This document shows positions 34,506-43,541 of a stretch of DNA of 64,000 nucleotides, in pieces. Position numbers and translations under genes: made by a program. The notes beneath the pieces were generated by a model. It saw only the letters and a list, made by a program, of their open reading frames with translations, searched no databases and was not told where the DNA came from. This DNA comes from an uncultured Methanosarcinales archaeon (GTDB taxonomy: Archaea > Halobacteriota > Methanosarcinia > Methanotrichales > Methanotrichaceae), in contig CAWJKV010000012.1 in NCBI GenBank assembly GCA_963843555.1, positions 1 through 64,000 on the forward strand. Direction: 5' to 3'. Position 1 is the stretch's first letter; the number at the start of each line of letters is the position of its first letter.

Positions 34506-35849
34506 TCAACTTCTCACATAGAGCTTGCAGCTCTCAATGAATCGATCTGTGGAGAAGGAATAGAAATGCGCATGCAGGTATCCGCCCATGGTATTGTTCT
34601 CCACCAGGCCGTCCCGACCGTCAACGATTCCTCTGCCCCTGTATAGCCGGTAGGCAAAGGATGCGTCCCTCTCGCAATCACAGCGCGAGTAATGAAACTC
34701 ATGCCCGCGAATGGTTTGACCCAGCTTTGCCAGGGGATTATGACCCGTCACCTCTGCTTTCACATACCCCAGCGCAACAAGCCGTTTTGTCATAATAGTC
34801 GTGCAGGGCAGGGCGCCCACCATCTTATAGGACCCAGTCTCCGATTCTAGGCCGCGACCCAGGTACATCAGGCCGCCGCACTCTCCATAGATGGGCATCC
34901 CATCTTCAGAAGCCCTTTTTATCTGCCCGAGAGCGGGAGCCGCTTCCAGCCGGGAGGCATACAGCTCCGGATAGCCTCCGCCGATATACAGGCCATCCAC
35001 ATCAGGCAGGCTGTCTCGCAGAGGGCTGAAAGATACCAGTTCTGCGCCTCGCCTCTCCAGTTCGCGCAGGTTCTCGTAATAATAAAAGCAAAAGGCTTCG
35101 TCCTGGGCTATTCCTATGCGCACCGATCTTTCCGCCTCTGCCTTCACCTCTGGAGCCGGACGGGCAACCGCGGAGAGCTTCAGGATCTCATCGATGGATG
35201 CATTCTCCTCCAGAAAGGAGGCCAGATACTCTGAATCGTGCTCCTTCTCAAAACCCATTACCAGGCCCAGGTGACGGCTTTTCATTTCCATCTCTCGTTC
35301 TCGGGGCAAAGCGCCGAAGATGGGCTTCTTCAAGCAGCTCTTGAGCATGGCCAGGTGGCGGAGGCTGCCGACCCGGTTGAGTATGGTCCCCACCATACGC
35401 ACCTGTGGGTCAAAGCCTGCAAACCCCTGCTCCATGGCTGCGGCGCTGCGCGACATGCCATGCACATTGATGACCAGAAGAGTAGGGATGTCCAGGATCT
35501 TGGCCACCTGGGCAGTGCTTCCCACATCTGTACCGTCCATGCCGTCGTAAAGCCCCATGACACCTTCTACCACAGCCACATCTGCTCCATCAAGGGCGGA
35601 GCGAAAGGAACGACGCACACCATCCTCACCCATCATAAAAGGATCGAGATTGAGCGAAGGCCGACAGCAGATGGCGGCATGATGGGATGGGTCGATGAAA
35701 TCCGGACCGACCTTGAAGGGCTGAACCACCAGGCCACGAGCACGAAGAGCGGCCATGAGACCCAGAGTAACTGTGGTCTTACCGACGCCGCTATGGGTGC
35801 CAGCGATGAGCACAGCCGGGATCCTGGACAATGTATCAGACGGGCTCAT
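34506..35849 (-). CDS. cbiA: Cobyrinate a,c-diamide synthase
   Basis: AGTHSGVGKTT, FKVGPDFIDP, EGVMGLYDG, GECGG and GHEFHY. The paralog CfbB is not fully excluded. Confidence 0.85.
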   Translation of the reverse strand: MSPSDTLSRIPAVLIAGTHSGVGKTTVTLGLMAALRARGLVVQPFKVGPDFIDPSHHAAICCRPSLNLDPFMMGEDGVRRSFRSALDGADVAVVEGVMGLYDGMDGTDVGSTAQVAKILDIPTLLVINVHGMSRSAAAMEQGFAGFDPQVRMVGTILNRVGSLRHLAMLKSCLKKPIFGALPREREMEMKSRHLGLVMGFEKEHDSEYLASFLEENASIDEILKLSAVARPAPEVKAEAERSVRIGIAQDEAFCFYYYENLRELERRGAELVSFSPLRDSLPDVDGLYIGGGYPELYASRLEAAPALGQIKRASEDGMPIYGECGGLMYLGRGLESETGSYKMVGALPCTTIMTKRLVALGYVKAEVTGHNPLAKLGQTIRGHEFHYSRCDCERDASFAYRLYRGRGIVDGRDGLVENNTMGGYLHAHFYSFSTDRFIESCKLYVRS

Positions 35850-35901
35850 GAAATGACCTTGCTCCGGCAAGGATATTAACACGCCGGAAGATGTTTTTGG
35901 C

Positions 35902-36637
35902 ATGCTGGTTGGCGTAGTTAAGAGAGGAAAATATGGAGAACGCTTGCTGGAGACCATAAAGACCAGGACGGACTTCCAGGTGGTCTCAGTTGAGGTGCCC
36001 CAGGTGTTGCCGGGCTTTATCGAGGACCCGGAGGAGTTTATCAAAGAATTGAACCTCGATCCCAGGATCTTCCAGGCAGATCTGCTCATTCTCTATACCT
36101 TTCATCCTGACCTGACTCCGGAGATCGTGCGCCTGGCCGGCCGGGGTGGGGTCAAAGCGGTCATAATTCCAGGCGGCATCGGACGGGCCGGCTCCATTGG
36201 CGAGCTGGAGAAGATCGCAGAGAAGTATAACATTCACATCGAGGTGGATGAGATCTGCTGCACTCTGGAAGAATGCGGCAATCCCACCGTTGACGAGTTC
36301 GCAAAACGCCTTGGCAAGCCCGAGCTGGAGGTGGAGACCAGGGATGGGCGCATCCGCAATGTCAAAGTCTTGCGCGGCTCACCCTGCGGTGCGACCTGGC
36401 ATGCGGCCGCAGGCATGTTGGGAAAGACGGTGGACGAGGCACCTTCTATGACCGGCCTATTCTGCCAGCAGTATCCATGTCGCGCCGTGCGGGGCGGTCC
36501 TGGCGGCATCCACACCTCAGGAGATCTGCACAAAGATGCCATGGAGAGGGCTCTGGGCAAAGAAACACAACTGAGACTGCCTGAACAGTCCAGGCCCATC
36601 AAGATCGTGCCGGGCAAGAAAGGGAGAGAAGGCATGA
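35902..36637 (+). CDS. DUF166 family protein
   Basis: GKYGER, HPDLT, CCTL, VLRGSPCGATW and QYPCRA. True stop is probably TGA 36635-37, overlapping the next ATG. Confidence 0.75.
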
Positions 36638-37441
36638 GGGAGCAGGTAATAGATGCCATTGTGCGCGTTCTTTTGCGGGCCGAGACGACGTCTTCCCTCC
36701 TGGGTCATGCAAAGTATCGAGGAGGCGGCGAGCCTCGAGACAAATTCGGTGGCCTGTTCTCACCTGCAGTTCATGCTGGATAATGCGAGGCTCGCCGAGG
36801 CCCGAGGCCTCCCTCTCTGCCAGGATACGGGACTTCCTGTATTTCATGTTCAGATGGGCCGCGACCGGATTTTGGACTTCAGCCTGAACGATGCCATCGC
36901 CGAGGGCGTAAGGATCGCCACAGCAGAGATTCCGCTGCGACCCAATACAGTCGATCCAATAACTCGCAAGAATAGCGGAGACAACACCGGACCCGGGATG
37001 CCGGACATAATCCTGGATTATGTGGATGGCCCGGGCCTGAAGATCACTGCCTTTCCCAAAGGAGCAGGCTCGGAGAACATGAGCCTGGTGGGCATGCTCA
37101 ATCCGGCGGACGATCCTTTTGATTTCATCATCAAGACCGTGTCCGAGCGGGCAGCCAATGCCTGTCCGCCCCTTTTTCTGGGGATCGGCATCGGCGGCAG
37201 CTTTGATCTGGCGGCACGCCTTGCCAAAAGGGCACTTTTCAATATGCCTGGGACTTCGCCCCAGGAGCTGCAATTGTTGAAAAGATTGAACCTTTTGGGC
37301 ATCGGTCCCATGGGTCTGGGCGGAGACACAACCGTCCTCGGCCTCAGAATCGAGACCGCCTTCTGCCATACTGCTTCCTTGCCTGTAGCCATAAACTTCC
37401 AGTGTTGGGCCAACAGAAGTGCAACTGAGGTGATCCCTTGA
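36634..37441 (+). CDS. Fe-S class I fumarate hydratase / tartrate dehydratase alpha subunit (indel near 36690)
   Basis: PLCQDTG, PKGAGSEN, ACPP, GIGPMGLGG, CHTASLPV and QCWA. Confidence 0.9.
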
Positions 37442-37972
37442 CAGAGTTTCACCTCAGGACACCTTTGAACGCCGCTGATGTGAAAAAGCTTGCCGCCGGG
37501 GATGTGGTATTCCTGAGCGGGCCCATTTATACGGCGCGCGACAAAGCTCACGCCCACATGCGTCAGAAAGGCGCTCCCGTCTCTTTGCAGGGGGCGGCCC
37601 TCTACCACTGCGGACCACTTATTCGCGGGAATACAGTACTCTCCGCCGGGCCGACCACCAGCGGCCGTATGGCACGCTATACCGAAGAGATCCTGGACCG
37701 GGGCGTGCGAGCCATCATCGGCAAAGGAGGTCTGCCGGGAGAGCCTTTCCTGAACAGGGCCGTCTATCTGGCTTATCCTGGAGGCTGCGGTGCCGCTGCA
37801 GCTCTGCAGCTCCGGGTTATGGATGTGCATTGCCGGGAGCTGGGCATGGCCGAGTCCATCTGGGAGTTCGAGGCTCGAAGAGTTCGGCCCCATGATTGTG
37901 GCTGTGGATTCCCATGGCAAAGATCTCTACAAGGATGTGAGAAGGTCGGCCGAGATACAGATGAAGGATTGA
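37438..37972 (+). CDS. Fumarate hydratase beta subunit (indel near 37875)
   Basis: LSGPIYTARDKAH, YHCGP, AGPTTSGRM, IIGKGG and PMIVAVDSHG. Confidence 0.9.
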
Positions 37973-38605
37973 GACGAGCTGCAGAGGAGGCAAGGTATCT
38001 GGTGAATCGAGGCTACTCCAAGGACTCTGCTATTCGCTTTGTCTCCGATCACCACCAACTCCGGGACGAGCATAGGTTCGTGCTCACAAGAATGATAGTT
38101 GCCGCGGAGCGTGCGCGCTCCAGAAGGGCAAAGGCTCAAAGCCCTGGAAACGCTCTCGGCAAATGAGGTTTTCGTGGACGGATACAATGTTCTCATTACT
38201 ACAGAGAGCCTTCTGGCAGACTATCCGGTTTATTTATGCGACGACGGCTTTCTGCGCGACACGCGAGGGATCTTCAGAAGCTATAAGATCTCCCGGCTCA
38301 CGTCTCCCGCTCTCTCTCTGATCCTTGATCTTCTGGCGCAGGCAAAGCCTGTTCGCGTAGAGGTGCTGCTGGACCAGCAGATGAGTCGCAGTGGAGAGCT
38401 GGCGGAATTGGTGCGATGCATGATGGCAGAGCGGGGCCTGCCGGGAACGGCCAGGACCGCCAGGGATGTCGACCACCAGCTCAAAGTCGCAAAAGCAGGT
38501 GTTGCAACCAGTGACGGGAATGTGATTGACGCCGCCAAGAGGATCTATGACCTTCCCGCAGAGATCGCGAAAAGGCTAGGCATTAGCCCGCGGTTGGTTC
38601 AATAG
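37969..38605 (+). CDS. DUF434 domain (PIN/NYN-like) protein (indel near 38135)
   Basis: RYLVNRGY..FVSDHHQL N-terminus, VDGYNVLIT..DDGFLRD and ATSD. Confidence 0.8.
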
Positions 38606-38722
38606 TCACGAGAGAAATCTCGGGTGATTGAGACATTCATATCAATCGTCATCTTTTTATGGTACAGTTGATTATTATACTATTAGGGTAGCATAAACTT
38701 TGGGAATATTGGGTGAGTGGCA

Positions 38723-39172
38723 ATGAAAGAGAGAGTTGTAGCTTTAGTTGTACTGGTACTGTTGCTTATGGGTGGACTTGGGCTGGCATCCCATCCCATG
38801 TTTTTTCCGCTCAGCGAGCACACCATGGCCAAAGAGATAAGCCCGAGCGGAATGCCGCTCTACAGGACGAATACATTTTCGTCCGACGACGAGCAAGCCG
38901 CCTCCTGGCTGCTGATCTGGCGAGACGCCCAACCTCACACAGTGGAGTGGAGATGGTACTGGCCGGAGGGGAGGACATATGCTCGATCATTCAGCAATGT
39001 GCCTCCTATCGATGGATTCACAGGAATGTGGTCTGCGCCCGTCTGGAGCAAACTCAAGATCAAGGGAACTGATGTCGCTCGACTGCCTGGAACGTGGAAG
39101 GTGGATGTAATAGTGGACTACAGAAAGATCCTCACAGAGTACTTCACCATCAACAGTCCAGAGACTTGCTGA
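38723..39172 (+). CDS. Secreted hypothetical protein, Ig-like pattern
   Basis: Signal peptide, VEWRWYWPEG and PGTWKVDV. Confidence 0.7.
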   Translation: MKERVVALVVLVLLLMGGLGLASHPMFFPLSEHTMAKEISPSGMPLYRTNTFSSDDEQAASWLLIWRDAQPHTVEWRWYWPEGRTYARSFSNVPPIDGFTGMWSAPVWSKLKIKGTDVARLPGTWKVDVIVDYRKILTEYFTINSPETC

Positions 39173-39363
39173 ACCAGGATCTAGGGTCTATCCAAATCTC
39201 GAATTAGGAAAGGCCATCTGAATTTGGCCGGATCTTTAGCTTTGCCTTTCTATTATTTTTATTCACCAGTCTCGTCATTTCTTATCAGCATATGGAAAGG
39301 AAAGTTAAAGAAGACAGTCGACCATATAAAACTCAGAGATCTTCATTGGAATGGTGCTGGAAG

Positions 39364-40083
39364 ATGGAACTGGAGTTTGGTGGCAAGAGGCGCGAGCCCG
39401 ACATTCGCCGGCTCTCCGATATGCGTGAAGTGATCTTTGATCAGAGCTGGCTGGCGGCAGCGGAGGACTTTGAGCTCTATTACATGTATCGCGACCTTTT
39501 CCTGAGCAGGGGAGACGGGGAAAAGCTGCGGGAACAGAACATTCGGTATGATATTACCATCATTCCGCCGGGTATGCTCGGTCGAGAATATATCAAAACG
39601 GCCGGCCATTACCATCCGCTCGTGCCAGGTGGCAGCGTCACCTACCCTGAGCTTTACGAGGTCCTGGAGGGGGAAGCACTTTACCTCCTGCAAAGACAGG
39701 ATCTTGGCGATGTGGTAGCAATAAATGCCTCAGCCGGGGACAAGGTTCTTGTGCCGCCAAATTATGGCCACATAACCATAAACGGCTCCAATAAAAAACT
39801 CAAAATGGCCAACTTTGTGGCCGGGAATTTCTCGTCGCTCTATGGTCCCATCAAGGAAAAAGCCGGAGGAGCTTACTTTTTCACCAAAGAAGGCTGGATA
39901 AAGAATGAACGATATCCAAAAGCAGCAGAGCTACGAAAGGTCGAGGCGCCAGACAGCAGAAGCCTGGCGCGACTAGGCCTGACTAAAGGCAGGGAGATGT
40001 ATCCGCTGCTAAGAGAAAAGGGGCATCTGGAGTTCCTGACCAGGCCCGACGAGCATCTTGAGCTCTTCGAGGGAATCGTCTGA
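39364..40083 (+). CDS. pgiA: Cupin-type glucose-6-phosphate isomerase
   Basis: YDITIIPPG..KTAGHYH..PELYEVLEG..VPPNYGH. Confidence 0.9.
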   Translation: MELEFGGKRREPDIRRLSDMREVIFDQSWLAAAEDFELYYMYRDLFLSRGDGEKLREQNIRYDITIIPPGMLGREYIKTAGHYHPLVPGGSVTYPELYEVLEGEALYLLQRQDLGDVVAINASAGDKVLVPPNYGHITINGSNKKLKMANFVAGNFSSLYGPIKEKAGGAYFFTKEGWIKNERYPKAAELRKVEAPDSRSLARLGLTKGREMYPLLREKGHLEFLTRPDEHLELFEGIV

Positions 40084-40138
40084 GGACGAGAGTTGTCTCG
40101 AAAGCCGGATTAGATACCTCTTTCAGAAGCGGTTCATA

Positions 40139-41062
40139 ATGCATCTGAGCCTCTCCAGATTTAGGGCGCATATTGAGCTGCTCCGCCCCCCCCTGGCCGC
40201 AATGGACCTGGCCATGCCCGCCGCTTCGGCTCTATTGGCAGTCTATGCGGTGGAGGGCGTGCTGCCCCCCCTATTGCCGTTTCTTGCAGCCGTCGTCGGA
40301 GCTTACTGTGCCATCACCAGCTCCTATGTCTATAACGACTGCTGCGACATCGATGTGGACAGAATAGCCATGCCCAACCGGCCGCTGCCATCTGCCAAGC
40401 TTGGAAAGAAAGAGGCCCTGGCCTGGTCGCTCTTCCTTTTTCTCGTAGCTATGGCGGTGGCCCTGTACCTCAATCCGGAAAGCTTCGTGACCCTCATTGT
40501 CGCCACGCTCTTGATCACCATCTACTCCGCCTGGGCCAAGAGAAGTACGCCCTTCTCCTGGATCTTTGTGGGCCTATCCTTTGGGCTGGTGCCTCTGGGC
40601 GTCTGGCTGGCCATGGAGCCGGCAGGGTTTCTAAAAACGGGCCCGGGCCTTCATCCCGCCGCCCTGGTCCTTTCGGCAATGATATGCATAACCGATTGGG
40701 GGTTCACCAACTGCGATGCCTCGCGAGATGTGGCAGGCGACAGAGAAGAAGGAATCCCGACCACGCCCGCCACTTTCGGCATCCCAGCTACCGCCAAGAT
40801 GGTGGCAGTCTTCTGGCTGATCGGCATCCTCCTTTCTCTTGCCCTGGGGCTTCTGGCTGACCTGGGATGGCTTTACTTCTTCGCCGCAGGCGCTGCAGGA
40901 GGCTGGCAGCTCCGGCATACCCTGGACTTCGTTCACAATCCGACTGCTGAAAGAGGTGACAGACTCTTTTACCAGTCTGCCAACTACCGCGCCGTGCTCT
41001 TCGCGGCCATAATTGTCGATGTGCTGCTGCGCACAATCCTGCCCATGGCGATCGGGTTCTGA
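40139..41062 (+). CDS. UbiA family prenyltransferase
   Basis: NDCCDIDVDRIAMPNRPLPS and DASRDVAGD aspartate-rich motifs; multiple TM segments. Confidence 0.9.
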   Translation: MHLSLSRFRAHIELLRPPLAAMDLAMPAASALLAVYAVEGVLPPLLPFLAAVVGAYCAITSSYVYNDCCDIDVDRIAMPNRPLPSAKLGKKEALAWSLFLFLVAMAVALYLNPESFVTLIVATLLITIYSAWAKRSTPFSWIFVGLSFGLVPLGVWLAMEPAGFLKTGPGLHPAALVLSAMICITDWGFTNCDASRDVAGDREEGIPTTPATFGIPATAKMVAVFWLIGILLSLALGLLADLGWLYFFAAGAAGGWQLRHTLDFVHNPTAERGDRLFYQSANYRAVLFAAIIVDVLLRTILPMAIGF

Positions 41063-41124
41063 TCCGCAGCAAAAAGGGAAATAGTTCAGTCAAATGAATA
41101 AGGAAAATAGCGAATCGAATCCTG

Positions 41125-41595
41125 GGTGGGCCAGAACCGATTCACAACGCCCAACTTGCTGGAGCCTATCATTGGAGTGACCGGCCTGGCCCTGCCCGGA
41201 CTCGACATTATGCCAACAGGCGGCACAGCGCTGGAATCGAAACACAGCCTCCTTTTACGGGAACCCATTCATCAAGGTGCCATATGCCTCCTTCAGCTAA
41301 TGGCTTGCTGCCCGCGCCTTTTCCGACCGTGTATTAGCGCGAGAGATCCCGACATTTTGCTGCGCCAACTAAGGCGCGCAACTTTCAGCAGCCGAGATTC
41401 TTATCCTCACAGGCTCGTAGCCGAATGCATTGCCCGAAGGGATAGCATCTCCTGGAACAAGGGATACGATCCGCCCTAGGAGCGAACCCATGCCGCCTAC
41501 CGGTTGGGGCAAGCACCTAAATCATCCTCGCCAAACAGAGCATTATCGGAATCTAGTTAAGCCCATGGCACGCCCGCCATCCGTTTGAAGACACG
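41125..41595 (-). ncRNA. Candidate large structured non-coding RNA (~450-475 nt), family not recognised
   Basis: No credible ORF. At least 9 mutually compatible nested helices found by hand, G-U pairs favouring the minus strand, cUUCGg and T-loop-like motifs, upstream TATA box and T-rich 3' tract. Confidence 0.7.
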
Positions 41596-41617
41596 CGACA
41601 AATTGACTACATAATCG

Positions 41618-41625
41618 TTATATAC
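41618..41625 (-). promoter_or_regulatory. TATA box for the candidate ncRNA
   Basis: Minus-strand GTATATAA. Typical archaeal spacing would place the start site near 41595. The box could also work on the plus strand. Confidence 0.5.
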
Positions 41626-41979
41626 ATTGTAGTTTGCAGTTGAAGGCCCGGCTGAGCGGAGAATGGATATGGAAAATGGAGAACAGGCCCTGGCAATTCC
41701 CCGTGCTCTAAGTATCCGGTCACGAGCTTCTAATCATTTGTTTGCCCACCGTCTATGTCATAATGATAGTCAAACAAAACAGGATTCGCGGATGCTTTCT
41801 ATGAATTTTTATTATTCTAAATGAAAAATATATGTTGACCCACAACCCAAACCTGGATATATACCAAAGAGAGTAAGGCCATTCCCGGGAACAGGCCGCA
41901 GTTACCACGGCTTTTTGTTCTCGATCTGATCGAATCATCTAGATTATGTGTAGGCGTTCTTTTGGTTCCGCTGACGAGA

Positions 41980-42225
41980 CTAAATTCCTGCCAGCTCATT
42001 TACTTGATTGATAGCTTCCAGCAGATTTTCGCCTTTTTGTGTGGTTTCATACAGCTTCTTTTCCCCATGCTGGACCTCTAGTAAATCATTTTTAATCAGG
42101 AGGTCCAAGTATGGTTCTACTGTTTTGAAATTGAGGTTCGCCTGATATACTACTCGGGTCTTAATGGCGCCGTTCTTGCATACATGTAGAATTTGCGATA
42201 TAATTTCTTCTCGGTTCCTCTTCAT
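41980..42225 (-). CDS. Small winged-helix transcriptional regulator (ArnR1-like/HTH_45)
   Basis: MKRNREEIISQIL..KTRVVYQANLNF..YLDLL..YETTQKG. Confidence 0.88.
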   Translation of the reverse strand: MKRNREEIISQILHVCKNGAIKTRVVYQANLNFKTVEPYLDLLIKNDLLEVQHGEKKLYETTQKGENLLEAINQVNELAGI

Positions 42226-42377
42226 ACCACCCACTCTCCTATAAGTTTCTGATCTTCAATCGGGGATTGTGATAATAATGTAACTGCGTTCTTCTGATTT
42301 AAGGATCTATGACACAGATCGAGAATTATAGCACAAAGCATGAACAGTATGCAGTCACTTTTAATTAATTGCGATAG

Positions 42378-42902
42378 TTATAGAAAAGAATTACTCGAGT
42401 ATCCACTTAATTTTGTTTTTTGCGACTCGCTGGAGGATTTGAATATCCCACCTACAGGGCAGGAGACGCTCTGCGTAGCGGTTACATTATAAAAGGTGCG
42501 GGTCCGTCCCTCTGGATATACAACAGAGAGCTTGGCGACGCCTTTCTTCAGCGGACTATCCTTGGAGCCGAAGGGATGGGAATCAAAACGATAATAGCTG
42601 CCGTCATATCTTGCCGCGCCTTTTACCTGCAAAGCCGCCCCGTCCGGATCTGCCTTCATAAGTTTGACATCGTTGTATCCGCTCAAGAAGGAGAGCAATT
42701 CCGGTTCCAAATGCCTGCAACCCAGGGCGAGAACATAAAAACGCGTAAAGGTATCAAGGGAGTAGTTGAGCTCAAATATGGCATTACCTCCATCCAGATG
42801 CATTGTAACATCCTTGACATAGATGCCCTCCCCTTCGGCACTGTTGCAGATGGCCATTGTCGTTATTGCCAGGAAGGCCAGAGTTGCGGCAATGTTTCGC
42901 AT
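42378..42902 (-). CDS. Secreted hypothetical protein
   Basis: Signal peptide; ~174 aa; downstream of the DUF2116 gene. Confidence 0.7.
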   Translation of the reverse strand: MRNIAATLAFLAITTMAICNSAEGEGIYVKDVTMHLDGGNAIFELNYSLDTFTRFYVLALGCRHLEPELLSFLSGYNDVKLMKADPDGAALQVKGAARYDGSYYRFDSHPFGSKDSPLKKGVAKLSVVYPEGRTRTFYNVTATQSVSCPVGGIFKSSSESQKTKLSGYSSNSFL

Positions 42903-42906
42903 TTGT

Positions 42907-43101
42907 TCACCCATTCATCTTAAGAATTGATGGTAGGAACAAAACCAGCCCCAATATTACAATAAATGCCACGAATAACAATTGTTGCCTTCTTTGAGCG
43001 GACCTAAACTTCGATTCGCAAAGCTCATCACAGAAGTTCTCATCCTGGCGCACGGCATTGCCGCAGACAAAACAATGTTTGTGCGGCGATATATCTGTCA
43101 T
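42907..43101 (-). CDS. DUF2116 family Zn-ribbon membrane protein
   Basis: PHKHCFVCG..FCDELC followed by a C-terminal TM helix. Confidence 0.85.
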   Translation of the reverse strand: MTDISPHKHCFVCGNAVRQDENFCDELCESKFRSAQRRQQLLFVAFIVILGLVLFLPSILKMNG

Positions 43102-43541
43102 TAAATCACCAATTACCCCCGGGTTGGGTGATAGAGTAATTAAGGTTTTGCCTGATACGGGAGGTGATCCGCAGATGCCGGTGTCACTTATGCATGATAC
43201 CTGAAAAAACAGGATTTTAGAATGATGGTCTATCAGCTTTTTTAGGCTGCAGCACGGGACATATCCCGGCATGCAGAGAAGTTATTTGGGCAGTTTCCCT
43301 CTGAATTGACACATTTTCCCAATTAGAAAGTTCTATTCGAATCCAATTTAAGACATACAACTCATTAAATAACATTCATAAGTAAATCATACATTTTGAT
43401 ATTATTTGTTGATAAGGTCTTTTCATTGATAAAAAAATTTGAGGTTTATTTTTCCACTGGAAATAAAGGGGTTGCTCGATCGGAATCTCATGCCCACAAT
43501 TCTGCATTAACTATAAAAGGAGCCTTAGCAAGTAGATACTC

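Noticed and set aside
35902..36783. DUF166-fumarase alpha fusion
   Set aside because: Removing one G near 36622 gives a normal stop with an ATGA overlap at 36634-36637.
37438..38166. Fumarase beta-DUF434 fusion ORF
   Set aside because: Produced by an indel near 37875; the true beta-subunit C-terminus ends at 37972.
41125..41595. RNase P RNA, SRP RNA, group II intron, cobalamin riboswitch, or the 117-aa ORF 41126-41479
   Set aside because: Diagnostic motifs for each RNA class were not found on either strand by eye, and the ORF lacks recognisable features. An Rfam search is still needed to confirm.
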